This document shows, one piece after another, positions 9,502-17,254 of a DNA stretch of 64,000 nucleotides. This DNA is from Christensenellaceae bacterium (lineage in GTDB: Bacteria > Bacillota > Clostridia > Christensenellales > Borkfalkiaceae): contig JAZLBC010000031.1 in the NCBI GenBank assembly GCA_045613505.1, forward strand, positions 36,038 to 100,037. Reading direction: 5' to 3'. Each line of letters starts with the position of its first letter. Position 1 is the stretch's first letter. The notes under the pieces are model-generated. The model ran no database searches. It was not told the DNA's origin and worked only from the letters and a program-made list of their open reading frames with translations. Made by a program: the position numbers and the translations under genes.

Positions 9502-10683
9502 TTATACGTCAAGGGTATAATACTTCTCTTTTAAGTCTGGTTTTAAGATATTAAAAATCAGTATATATTTTAGTGGATTAAACCTTGCGTGCCCTTTAAG
9601 CATTATTGATTTATCGCCTATGTTTACGGCAAGTTTCGTTCCGCCTATCACCGAGAGTGAAGTTATATCGTTTACTAACACGTTTAAGTCACCTATCGTT
9701 AAACTGGTTTTCGTTAACGTTAGTTTCCCCCTAGCAAGAACCTTTCTTACCGCGGTGGTCTTATCAATTGCAACGATAGGCTCGTCTTGATAAATTACTT
9801 CTTCCCCTTCCTTTAATTCGTAGTTCTTGATATAGTCTAGTTGAAATTTATACCAGTCTACTAGTTTAGCGAAGGTAAATGCCTTGTTGTCGGATTTTAG
9901 TTTTAGATCTTCGGTATATTCTACTTTTAGCCCACAAGCAGTGCAAGTTAGGTAGTTACCCTTAGAAACAAGCGCGTGTTCTTTTTTGCAGACTGGGCAA
10001 ACGAAGAGTTCACGTTCTAAATACTCTGCCCTTACTTTCGATTTGTAAGATTTTCCGCTTTCGCTATCAATAACGCGCAAACCTTCTACGATCGTTTTGT
10101 AAAGTTCATCGTCGGTCATGGCTTTGATTTCTTCTAAAGAAAACACTTTTTTAATTTTACCAGTGAACTCACCTTTCCTAAGTTTATTGCCCCAACGCGG
10201 GTTCACGCCGTATCCGCCGTTTAGATTATACAAAATTAGCGGTAGTTTTAACATGCGAACAAGTTTTACGATAGACCTATCTATATAAAACTGAAAATCC
10301 GCCCAAGACCTATTGCCTTCGGGATAGATTAAAACGTTTCCACCAGATTTTGCAACGCTAACACAATCTACTATAAAAGAGATGTCTGCCGTGGCTTTTT
10401 TCTTTTTTATAGGGCCAAAACAATGTTGCATCGCGCGCGACGGAATTGATTTATTGAATATATGGTCACTTGCGACTATGTAGAGAGGTCTGTTAAAACT
10501 AAGAGCCATTAAAGCAGGGTCTAACATAGTTTGATGGTTAGACATTATTAAATAACCCTTGCCCTTCTTCATTTTAAATTTTTCCGCCTTAAAGCCGTGG
10601 GTTATTGAAAAATATTTGGCGATAGGCTTTGCCAACTTAAAGTACGCGGTATGACGTTTTTTTACAATGTTCTTCTTTCTCAT
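9502..10683 (-). CDS. Lysophospholipid (PlsC-family) acyltransferase with a C-terminal zinc-ribbon-containing extension
   Basis: Acyltransferase motifs NHQTMLD (HX4D) and IYPEGNRS. C-terminal CPVCKK...CTACG four-Cys ribbon, followed by about 150 aa that I cannot assign. Confidence 0.75.
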   Translation of the reverse strand: MRKKNIVKKRHTAYFKLAKPIAKYFSITHGFKAEKFKMKKGKGYLIMSNHQTMLDPALMALSFNRPLYIVASDHIFNKSIPSRAMQHCFGPIKKKKATADISFIVDCVSVAKSGGNVLIYPEGNRSWADFQFYIDRSIVKLVRMLKLPLILYNLNGGYGVNPRWGNKLRKGEFTGKIKKVFSLEEIKAMTDDELYKTIVEGLRVIDSESGKSYKSKVRAEYLERELFVCPVCKKEHALVSKGNYLTCTACGLKVEYTEDLKLKSDNKAFTFAKLVDWYKFQLDYIKNYELKEGEEVIYQDEPIVAIDKTTAVRKVLARGKLTLTKTSLTIGDLNVLVNDITSLSVIGGTKLAVNIGDKSIMLKGHARFNPLKYILIFNILKPDLKEKYYTLDV

Positions 10684-10716
10684 AACACTTTTCTTTTATT
10701 AAACAAAATTTAGGCT

Positions 10717-10745
10717 ATTATACCATATACTATTGAATTTTTCAA
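10717..10745 (-). promoter_or_regulatory. Putative promoter of the acyltransferase gene
   Basis: Minus strand reads TTGAAA-17 nt-TATAAT with a TGg extended -10. The -35 lies inside the perfect palindrome ctattgaa-ttt-ttcaatag (10730-10748). Confidence 0.5.
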
Positions 10746-10786
10746 TAGAATTTCAAAAATTTTGACTGCGCTTTTCACTTCTCTAT

Positions 10787-10815
10787 TTGACATTATACCT
10801 TTACGGGTGTATAAT
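10787..10815 (+). promoter_or_regulatory. Consensus sigma-A promoter of the SGNH hydrolase gene
   Basis: TTGACA (10787-10792) - 17 nt - TATAAT (10810-10815), about 28 nt upstream of the AAGGAG RBS and ATG 10844. Confidence 0.65.
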
Positions 10816-10843
10816 TCTTATATACTAATTCAAGGAGTTTTGT

Positions 10844-11494
10844 ATGAAAAAGATTTTACTTATAGGCGATTCGATTAGAATGGGCTACGACAAATACGTT
10901 AAAGAAGCGTTAGACGGCGTTGCAGAAGTTTATTACCCAAAAGAAAACTGCAAAATGGCCGTTTACGTTTTAAGATTTTTACAAGAGTGGATGGAATTTG
11001 AAAAGTGGGATAACGATTTCGATTTAGTGCATATTAACTTTGGGCTATGGGACGTGCTTGAACTTTACGGTGACGAACCGCTTACCCCTATCAACGTTTA
11101 CGCTGATTACGTTAAGCGCATTGATAAACGTATTAGGTTATTATTCCCTAAGGCAAAGGTGGTTTTTGCAACCTCTACGCCGGTTAACGAAGAAAAATGC
11201 CTAGACTGGTTTTCTAGAAAGAACGCAACGATTAAAGCGTACAATCAAACTGCGATAAACGCGCTTAAAGAAATTGACTCTGATACTGTTGTTAACGACC
11301 TTTATGCGCTTTGTGAAACTTTCCCAGACGAATACCACTCAGACGCGGTGCATTTTTACACACCCGAAGCAACTGATAAAATCGGCAAGCAAGTTTTAAG
11401 TTATATTTGCACTATTTTAGATATTCCTGCTAAAAACGTTAACGTTAAAGACTTTAAGCCGGAAAACTACACCAAACAAAACATTGGTGGTTAA
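10844..11494 (+). CDS. SGNH/GDSL-family hydrolase
   Basis: Block I LLIGDSIRMGY. Block V DAVHF (DxxH). AAGGAG RBS. Confidence 0.8.
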   Translation: MKKILLIGDSIRMGYDKYVKEALDGVAEVYYPKENCKMAVYVLRFLQEWMEFEKWDNDFDLVHINFGLWDVLELYGDEPLTPINVYADYVKRIDKRIRLLFPKAKVVFATSTPVNEEKCLDWFSRKNATIKAYNQTAINALKEIDSDTVVNDLYALCETFPDEYHSDAVHFYTPEATDKIGKQVLSYICTILDIPAKNVNVKDFKPENYTKQNIGG

Positions 11495-11515
11495 ACTTTA
11501 TTCTTATAAAACGCT

Positions 11516-11551
11516 AAAAAACCTTTTGCTATTTTGCAAAAGGTTTTTTTG
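11516..11551. terminator. Bidirectional rho-independent terminator
   Basis: accttttgc-tatttt-gcaaaaggt, flanked by an A-run upstream and a T-run downstream. It sits between two convergent genes. Confidence 0.75.
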
Positions 11552-11561
11552 TTTTTCCGTT

Positions 11562-12098
11562 TTATAGATACTCTACGGTATCCGTTATAGGTTTTCTTGA
11601 TTTAACACGGGTTTTATTATCACTTTTTCCAACGGCGATTACTATGCTTGCGCTTTCGCTGTTAGGTAAGTTTAATGCCGTTTTTAATTTTTCACTATTA
11701 ACCCAACCTATTATGCAAGAATCTAGGTCTTGTTCTTTTAGGGCTAGCGTTAAGTACGCCGTTAGTTCGCCTATATCGTATTTTACGAATTTATCCGTGC
11801 TGAAACGCTTTTTAACGTCTTCTTTCATAACGGCGTCTGTTTCGGCAAGCACCAAAAAGGCTTTGGCTTTTTTTAGAAACAAGTTTCTATCGCCTTCGGT
11901 TAGCGCGTCTAATACTTCCGCCATTTTTTCGCCAGTGGTAACGCAGTAAATTTTCCATGGTTGACTATTGCACGCCGACGGCGCTAAAAGCCCCGTGCTT
12001 ATTGCTGTTTTTAGTTTTTCGATACAGATAGGTTCGTCGTTAAAATCTCTACACGCTTGCCTTGATAGCGCAAGGCTTAAAAAGTTTTCGTATTCCAT
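11562..12098 (-). CDS. Nitroreductase-family protein
   Basis: ACRDFNDEP and APSACNSQPWK motifs typical of the NADH/flavin nitroreductase fold. AAGGAG RBS. Confidence 0.75.
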   Translation of the reverse strand: MEYENFLSLALSRQACRDFNDEPICIEKLKTAISTGLLAPSACNSQPWKIYCVTTGEKMAEVLDALTEGDRNLFLKKAKAFLVLAETDAVMKEDVKKRFSTDKFVKYDIGELTAYLTLALKEQDLDSCIIGWVNSEKLKTALNLPNSESASIVIAVGKSDNKTRVKSRKPITDTVEYL

Positions 12099-12175
12099 AA
12101 TTATGCTCCTTTATTTTATTTTAGCAAAGGGCGAAAGTTTTGTCAATATAGTAAAAAGACAATCAAATTGCTAGG

Positions 12176-12574
12176 TTAAGAGTTTTCAAACGCCTTTTCT
12201 TTTTTATAGCGTTCTAGGGCTTTTAGGTAATTTTCAGAAAGTTCTAACGTATAGCGTTGTTTTTCTTCGTAACTGAGCGAATCAAAATACGCTCTATCGG
12301 TTAAAACGCCTATAACGTTAGAAATTTCACCCTCGTTATCTAATATGCTTTTTACTTTTTGGTAAAAACTCTCTTCGAACGGCTTTACCGCTCTTATATT
12401 ATGCGACACTTTTTTTGAATAGTACTCTTTTACCTTAGAAGGACTAACGCCGTGGTTTTTTGCACGGGCTAATTCTTCGTTTAGATTTTTATAGTGCTCT
12501 TCCCAAAAACCAGTTTTCAATCTTTTTTTTGCTTCTTTGCAATAGTCTTTAAGAGTTTTAATCTTATCTTGCAT
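12176..12574 (-). CDS. Hypothetical charged, helical, K/E-rich 132-aa protein
   Basis: ORF with an AAAGGTGA RBS immediately downstream of the rpsU terminator. I recognise no motif. Confidence 0.5.
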   Translation of the reverse strand: MQDKIKTLKDYCKEAKKRLKTGFWEEHYKNLNEELARAKNHGVSPSKVKEYYSKKVSHNIRAVKPFEESFYQKVKSILDNEGEISNVIGVLTDRAYFDSLSYEEKQRYTLELSENYLKALERYKKEKAFENS

Positions 12575-12619
12575 AATATCACCTTTTTCTACAATATTTT
12601 ACTTTTTTCTCTTGTAAAG

Positions 12620-12650
12620 AAAAAACCTACCAAAGTTATCTTTGGTAGGT
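12620..12650 (-). terminator. Rho-independent terminator of rpsU
   Basis: acctaccaaag-ataa-ctttggtaggt followed by a U-run on the minus strand. Confidence 0.7.
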
Positions 12651-12657
12651 AATCGTT

Positions 12658-12837
12658 TTAGCCTTTAACACTTCTTTTTCTAGCCGCTTCGGCTTTCTTC
12701 TTACGTTTTACTGATGGGCTTTCGTAGAATTCTTTTTTACGAAGGTCGCCAATAATACCGTCACGAGAGCATTTTCTCTTAAAACGTCTTAAAGCGCTGT
12801 CTAGATTTTCGTTTTCGCCAACTCTTACTATACTCAT
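12658..12837 (-). CDS. rpsU: 30S ribosomal protein S21
   Basis: Not in the ORF track because 59 aa is below its cutoff. Manual translation gives [67 protein letters not shown] 8 nt upstream. Confidence 0.93.
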   Translation of the reverse strand: MSIVRVGENENLDSALRRFKRKCSRDGIIGDLRKKEFYESPSVKRKKKAEAARKRSVKG

Positions 12838-12885
12838 TGAAATTCGCCTCCTTCACCCTACGGCCGTTAGTTTGTTTACGTATTT

Positions 12886-12914
12886 AGTATATTAAAACCA
12901 ATAGTTTTTGTCAA
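12886..12914 (-). promoter_or_regulatory. Putative promoter of rpsU
   Basis: Minus strand reads TTGACA-17 nt-TATACT. Confidence 0.55.
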
Positions 12915-12961
12915 TTGTTTTTATTATAATATTTCAAATTTTTTGTAGTTTTTGGTCTTTT

Positions 12962-14506
12962 TTACGCTTTTTTCTCTAATTCGATTTCATCAGCGTTTTC
13001 ACCCGTTTCGCATTTTCTTAAAAGCGTGAAATATATAACCATACATATTGCCATTATTGCCACGGCAACGATTACTAATCCTAACCCGTTAGAACTATAC
13101 GCTCTAACGCCGTTCTTTTTAGGAAATATTATATCGATAATACCGAACACTTCTACTACTGCAATCAAAACTGGCGTTATAAATTTAACCATAAACGCAA
13201 ATACTTTTTGGAATTTGCCTAGGTTAAAGCCTTCTTCTTTAAGTGTGCCGTCTAATAGTTTTGGGCTGAACGCTTGCTTTTTGCTTTGATATTTCGTTAA
13301 GCCGTAACCAACCATTAAACAAGCGCCTAGCGCACCTATCGGCATTAGCACTACGTTTGCTATAAGATCTAAAAAGTCTAAGTAGTTTTGACCGAATATT
13401 TGCATCTCGCCACTTTCGATTATTGCCTTTCCTAACGATATAGAAATAGGAATAGACAACAAGAAACAAACGATAGAAACGAGCAATATTGCAATTTTAC
13501 GTTTGATTTTGAATTTTTGGATAGCGAACTGCGTTACTACTTCAAAAAGAGAAATAACCGAAGTTAACGCCGCAATAGTTACCATTGCGTAGAAGAATAA
13601 AGAAACTACCTTGCCAAACCCGCCAAGACTTGTAAAAATCTTTGGCAAAATCTCGAACATAAGCGTCATACCGTTAAGTTTAGTAGCGTCTATATTTGAA
13701 TCGAAGTGGAAAGCCGACGGAAATATAATTAAACCGCCAAGCAAGGCAACCATCGTGTCGAACAGACATATATACCCGATAGATCTGCCAACCTTTACCT
13801 CTTTACCTGCGTAAGAGCCGTAACTTACCATTATTCCCATGCCTAGCGAAAGCGAGAAAAATGCTTGGCTCATTGCGGCAAGCACGCCTTCGAAACCTAG
13901 TTTAGAAAAGTTTGGGTTTAGAAAGAAGTTTAACCCTTCTTTTACGCCACTACCTAGGCAGTTAGCGTAGATTGCAAGGGCAACTAAAATCAAAAACAAT
14001 GCAGGCATAAGAATTTTAGAGGCGTTTTCAATACCCTTTTTTACCCCGCCCATTACGACTAGAACGGCTAGCAGTATAAAAATAAAAGTAAATATTATTA
14101 CGCCAAGACTATTAGAGGCAAAGGATTGCATTATACCACTAGTGCCACTTATTGAAGACGTCGTGTATTTAATAGTATAGCCACCAAGTATTGAATAGTA
14201 GCACACGATTAAAAAAGGAATTACTATTGCGATAAGTCCCAAAAAGCCAAACCTATCGTTTGTTTTTTTATAACAAGTTATAGGGTTTGCCTTACTGCGT
14301 CTGCCGATGTGGAATTCGCAAAACATTACCACGATACCTATAAGCAAAACGCTTATTAGATACATAAAAACGAACGCTGCGCCACCGTATTTTGCCGTTT
14401 TATACGGAAAACTCCATAAATTCCCTAGTCCTATTGCCGAACCTGCCGAAGCAAGTATAAAACCTATACCGCTTTGAAAGCCGTTCGTCTTTTGTTTTTC
14501 TTGCAT
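12962..14506 (-). CDS. Sodium-dependent transporter, neurotransmitter:sodium symporter (SNF/NSS) family
   Basis: Signature AIGLGNLWSFPY near the N-terminus. About 12 hydrophobic segments. Confidence 0.85.
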   Translation of the reverse strand: MQEKQKTNGFQSGIGFILASAGSAIGLGNLWSFPYKTAKYGGAAFVFMYLISVLLIGIVVMFCEFHIGRRSKANPITCYKKTNDRFGFLGLIAIVIPFLIVCYYSILGGYTIKYTTSSISGTSGIMQSFASNSLGVIIFTFIFILLAVLVVMGGVKKGIENASKILMPALFLILVALAIYANCLGSGVKEGLNFFLNPNFSKLGFEGVLAAMSQAFFSLSLGMGIMVSYGSYAGKEVKVGRSIGYICLFDTMVALLGGLIIFPSAFHFDSNIDATKLNGMTLMFEILPKIFTSLGGFGKVVSLFFYAMVTIAALTSVISLFEVVTQFAIQKFKIKRKIAILLVSIVCFLLSIPISISLGKAIIESGEMQIFGQNYLDFLDLIANVVLMPIGALGACLMVGYGLTKYQSKKQAFSPKLLDGTLKEEGFNLGKFQKVFAFMVKFITPVLIAVVEVFGIIDIIFPKKNGVRAYSSNGLGLVIVAVAIMAICMVIYFTLLRKCETGENADEIELEKKA

Positions 14507-14524
14507 AATTTACTCCTTATATCC

Positions 14525-15127
14525 CTACAAGAGTTCTTGTTTTAAGAACTTAAAATCTTCTAAATTTTCCATCGCGCGATTCACCGCAAGATAAACGGCA
14601 GTGGTATCGTAACGCGCATCGTGAAATAATAAGTTTTTTTCAAACAACCTTTTTGTTTCTATGCTAATTTCTTGATCACTAACGCCAAAAAACGCCGTTA
14701 GTTCGCATAGTTTTGGATATTTATAGCCAAGACTGTTAGCACGTTTTAGTTTAAGTACGGGCGTAAACTTTTTCATACTACAAAAGTCGTTTTTATATCT
14801 AAACAGCCTGCCCGTTTCTTCGAATTCTTTTCTTAAAAACGAAAAGTCGAAAGCAGTGTTATGCGCAATTATTAGGCTTGCCGATAAAAAATCTTCTTCT
14901 ATTTCGATAACGTTATCTATAAATTTTTTACCGCACGATAGTTCTTTAAGTTTTTCTACTGAAAAGCCGTGCACTGCTTGCGCGCTTGGTTCTACGTAAG
15001 CAACGCTAAAAAAGAAATTTTTAGATTTAACTTCGGTTGCCGTTTGCATCACGTAGGATAGTTGGCAAATTTTGCCCGGTCTTAAAGAAGACGTTTCGGT
15101 GTCTAAATAAATAATCATAATTCGCAC
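14525..15127 (-). CDS. DEDDh 3'-5' exonuclease (DnaQ/epsilon-like), stand-alone
   Basis: Exo motifs YLDTETS, AHNTAFDFSFL and HDARYD. The track start is a GTG. The ATG three codons downstream (15118) is equally possible. Neither has an SD. Confidence 0.75.
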   Translation of the reverse strand: MRIMIIYLDTETSSLRPGKICQLSYVMQTATEVKSKNFFFSVAYVEPSAQAVHGFSVEKLKELSCGKKFIDNVIEIEEDFLSASLIIAHNTAFDFSFLRKEFEETGRLFRYKNDFCSMKKFTPVLKLKRANSLGYKYPKLCELTAFFGVSDQEISIETKRLFEKNLLFHDARYDTTAVYLAVNRAMENLEDFKFLKQELL

Positions 15128-15130
15128 TAG

Positions 15131-15153
15131 AAAAGGGCAAGGACGTCTTGCCC
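15131..15153 (-). terminator. Rho-independent terminator after the foldase gene
   Basis: gggcaag-acgtc-cttgccc followed by uuuu on the minus strand. Confidence 0.55.
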
Positions 15154-15180
15154 TGCCCTTCGTTGTTTTGTTTTTTTATA

Positions 15181-17118
15181 TTAGCCGATTAAAGAATCAA
15201 ACACTTCGCTATCTATTACAACGCCACCTACTTCGTCGTATAAATATCTGTTTAACACGTTATTTCTAGTAGAATCTACTTCGTTGTTGATTTTGTTAGC
15301 AACTAGGCTGTTTGCTAGATAGAATAGATAATTGTTTTCTTCGCTAAAATCATCCCATTTTTTTACTTGTTCGTTAAAGTATTCTGCCCAAGTTTGACCT
15401 TCTGGTTTGTCGATATCTAAGGTGCTTAAATAATCGTCTAACGTTGGATAGTCATAGTTTACGCTTAACGTTTCAGAATAGAACATTAGGTGGTAGCCGT
15501 AGTCTGATGCAACTACTACGTAGCCAGAACCTTTAGAGATAAGTTCTCTGCCAGCATCGCCAAAAGTTTTAACGAACTCTTCGTTATCTGCGCCGTCTAC
15601 CGGTGGTTTAATTAAATAGCCTTTGTATTTGTTTAGCGAGCCTGGGTCGGTAGAGAACGCGAATAATAGTTCTTCTATCTTGCCGTCGTATTCGCTAACT
15701 TCCTTTTTAAGTTCTTTAGCAACGTATACGTTATGGCTTTCAAATTTTATACCATAAGTTGTAGGCTCGAAAATTTCCGTGGTAGGTTCGGAAGTTCCAG
15801 CGATATATTTTTCTACCATATCGATAAATTCTGCTAGGGTAAATTCATCAACGGTGGTAACACCGTATTTTGCTTTTTCAGTAACTATACCAAATTCATC
15901 TTTAACTTCGTCTTTAACCTTAACGGCAGTGCCCTTAAACTTCAAACTATTTTCTGGGTTTTTTACTAGCGTGTAGTCGCCAGTGAATTTTTCGCCATCG
16001 AAATCGTATCCGCTTTGAATCCAACTAGTTCTTAAATCTTTAACAGTAGTTTTTGCAAGTATTTCTGCTCTTTTTTCAGCAAACAATTCGTCGGTTATAT
16101 TTTTATTGTCGGTTTTAATTTTTGCAATATCGTCGGTTTGAGTGGTGTTTGCACCAAGCAAGATATTGTAAACGTAGCCGTAAGTTCCGTTGTTGTGAAC
16201 TAGTATAGGTTCGGTAGCGCTTTGAGAACCAAGTGCAGTTACGAATTCGGTGTTAGTCATTTCTTTTTGAGCGTTGTATTTTTCTTCGTATAAAGGCTTA
16301 ACGTCGTTTTCATAACTTAAAGTGCTAACGATAGAATTTTTGATATAATCTTCGAAATACGTTATCATTAACGATTCTTGATTGTTCTTTAAGTTGTCGA
16401 TAAAATAGGTTGATTTAGCAAGGTCTCCGTTAAAGTCGCCAAGAAGTGAATATCCGTCTAGTAGGTCTACTACTTTGTTATAGGCTTTTCTTCTTTCTGC
16501 CGTGCTCTTTACGTCAAACCCTTCGGCTTTGTATTTTTCTACGTATGCTTTCTTCTCGTCAAGGGTTAGTTCGTAAACCTCGTTAGTAGCGCCTGTTGGA
16601 ACAGTACGAACTTCGCCAATAATGGTATCTTGTTTAGTGTCGTCGTGCCCGTCTTCGTGGTCGTGCGTGTAAGAATCAAGTAAATCGTTTACCGCTTTAT
16701 AAGCGTTGTATTCACTTTCGATAATATCGTTTACACCATTTGCTTCGTCTACTTTAAGGAATCTTTCTACGCCCGTCTTCGTCTCGTCGATTTTAACGCC
16801 GTATTTAGTTGGATTTTTAGCAAATTCACTTTCTACGTGTTGAATTAGAATTTTGTTTTGAAGCATGCTATCTAAAATCATGTTGTAAACTTTTTCTACT
16901 GTATAGCCGTAGTAGTTTACGTAGTAGTAGCCGTAGTTCATGTATTGCATAACCATATCGCGTTTAGTAATTTTTTCTTCGCGCGTTACGTTTACGGTTG
17001 CAACTACCCTATTCATATCTTTATCGGTATTCGTGGTAACCAAGTTACAGCCCGTTGCCCCTACGCTTATTAACGTTGCAACGATTAGAGATATTATTTT
17101 AATAAATCTTTTTTTCAT
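15181..17118 (-). CDS. PrsA/SurA-like foldase lipoprotein (PpiC-type parvulin domain, divergent)
   Basis: Lipobox SVGATGCN. The C-terminal block FSTDPGS...GYVVVASDYGYHLMFY resembles the parvulin core (xFGYHII). Its position directly downstream of mfd matches many Bacillota. Confidence 0.55.
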   Translation of the reverse strand: MKKRFIKIISLIVATLISVGATGCNLVTTNTDKDMNRVVATVNVTREEKITKRDMVMQYMNYGYYYVNYYGYTVEKVYNMILDSMLQNKILIQHVESEFAKNPTKYGVKIDETKTGVERFLKVDEANGVNDIIESEYNAYKAVNDLLDSYTHDHEDGHDDTKQDTIIGEVRTVPTGATNEVYELTLDEKKAYVEKYKAEGFDVKSTAERRKAYNKVVDLLDGYSLLGDFNGDLAKSTYFIDNLKNNQESLMITYFEDYIKNSIVSTLSYENDVKPLYEEKYNAQKEMTNTEFVTALGSQSATEPILVHNNGTYGYVYNILLGANTTQTDDIAKIKTDNKNITDELFAEKRAEILAKTTVKDLRTSWIQSGYDFDGEKFTGDYTLVKNPENSLKFKGTAVKVKDEVKDEFGIVTEKAKYGVTTVDEFTLAEFIDMVEKYIAGTSEPTTEIFEPTTYGIKFESHNVYVAKELKKEVSEYDGKIEELLFAFSTDPGSLNKYKGYLIKPPVDGADNEEFVKTFGDAGRELISKGSGYVVVASDYGYHLMFYSETLSVNYDYPTLDDYLSTLDIDKPEGQTWAEYFNEQVKKWDDFSEENNYLFYLANSLVANKINNEVDSTRNNVLNRYLYDEVGGVVIDSEVFDSLIG

Positions 17119-17254
17119 TTTTACTCCGTGCCAAAAAATACAGTTTGATTAGTAATTTTCGTTTATTTATAATTATACTTTTCTAGTATAACTTAAAACG
17201 GAAAAAATTGCAATCGTTTTTCGTTTTTTTGTATTGTTTTTTTGAAAAATATTA

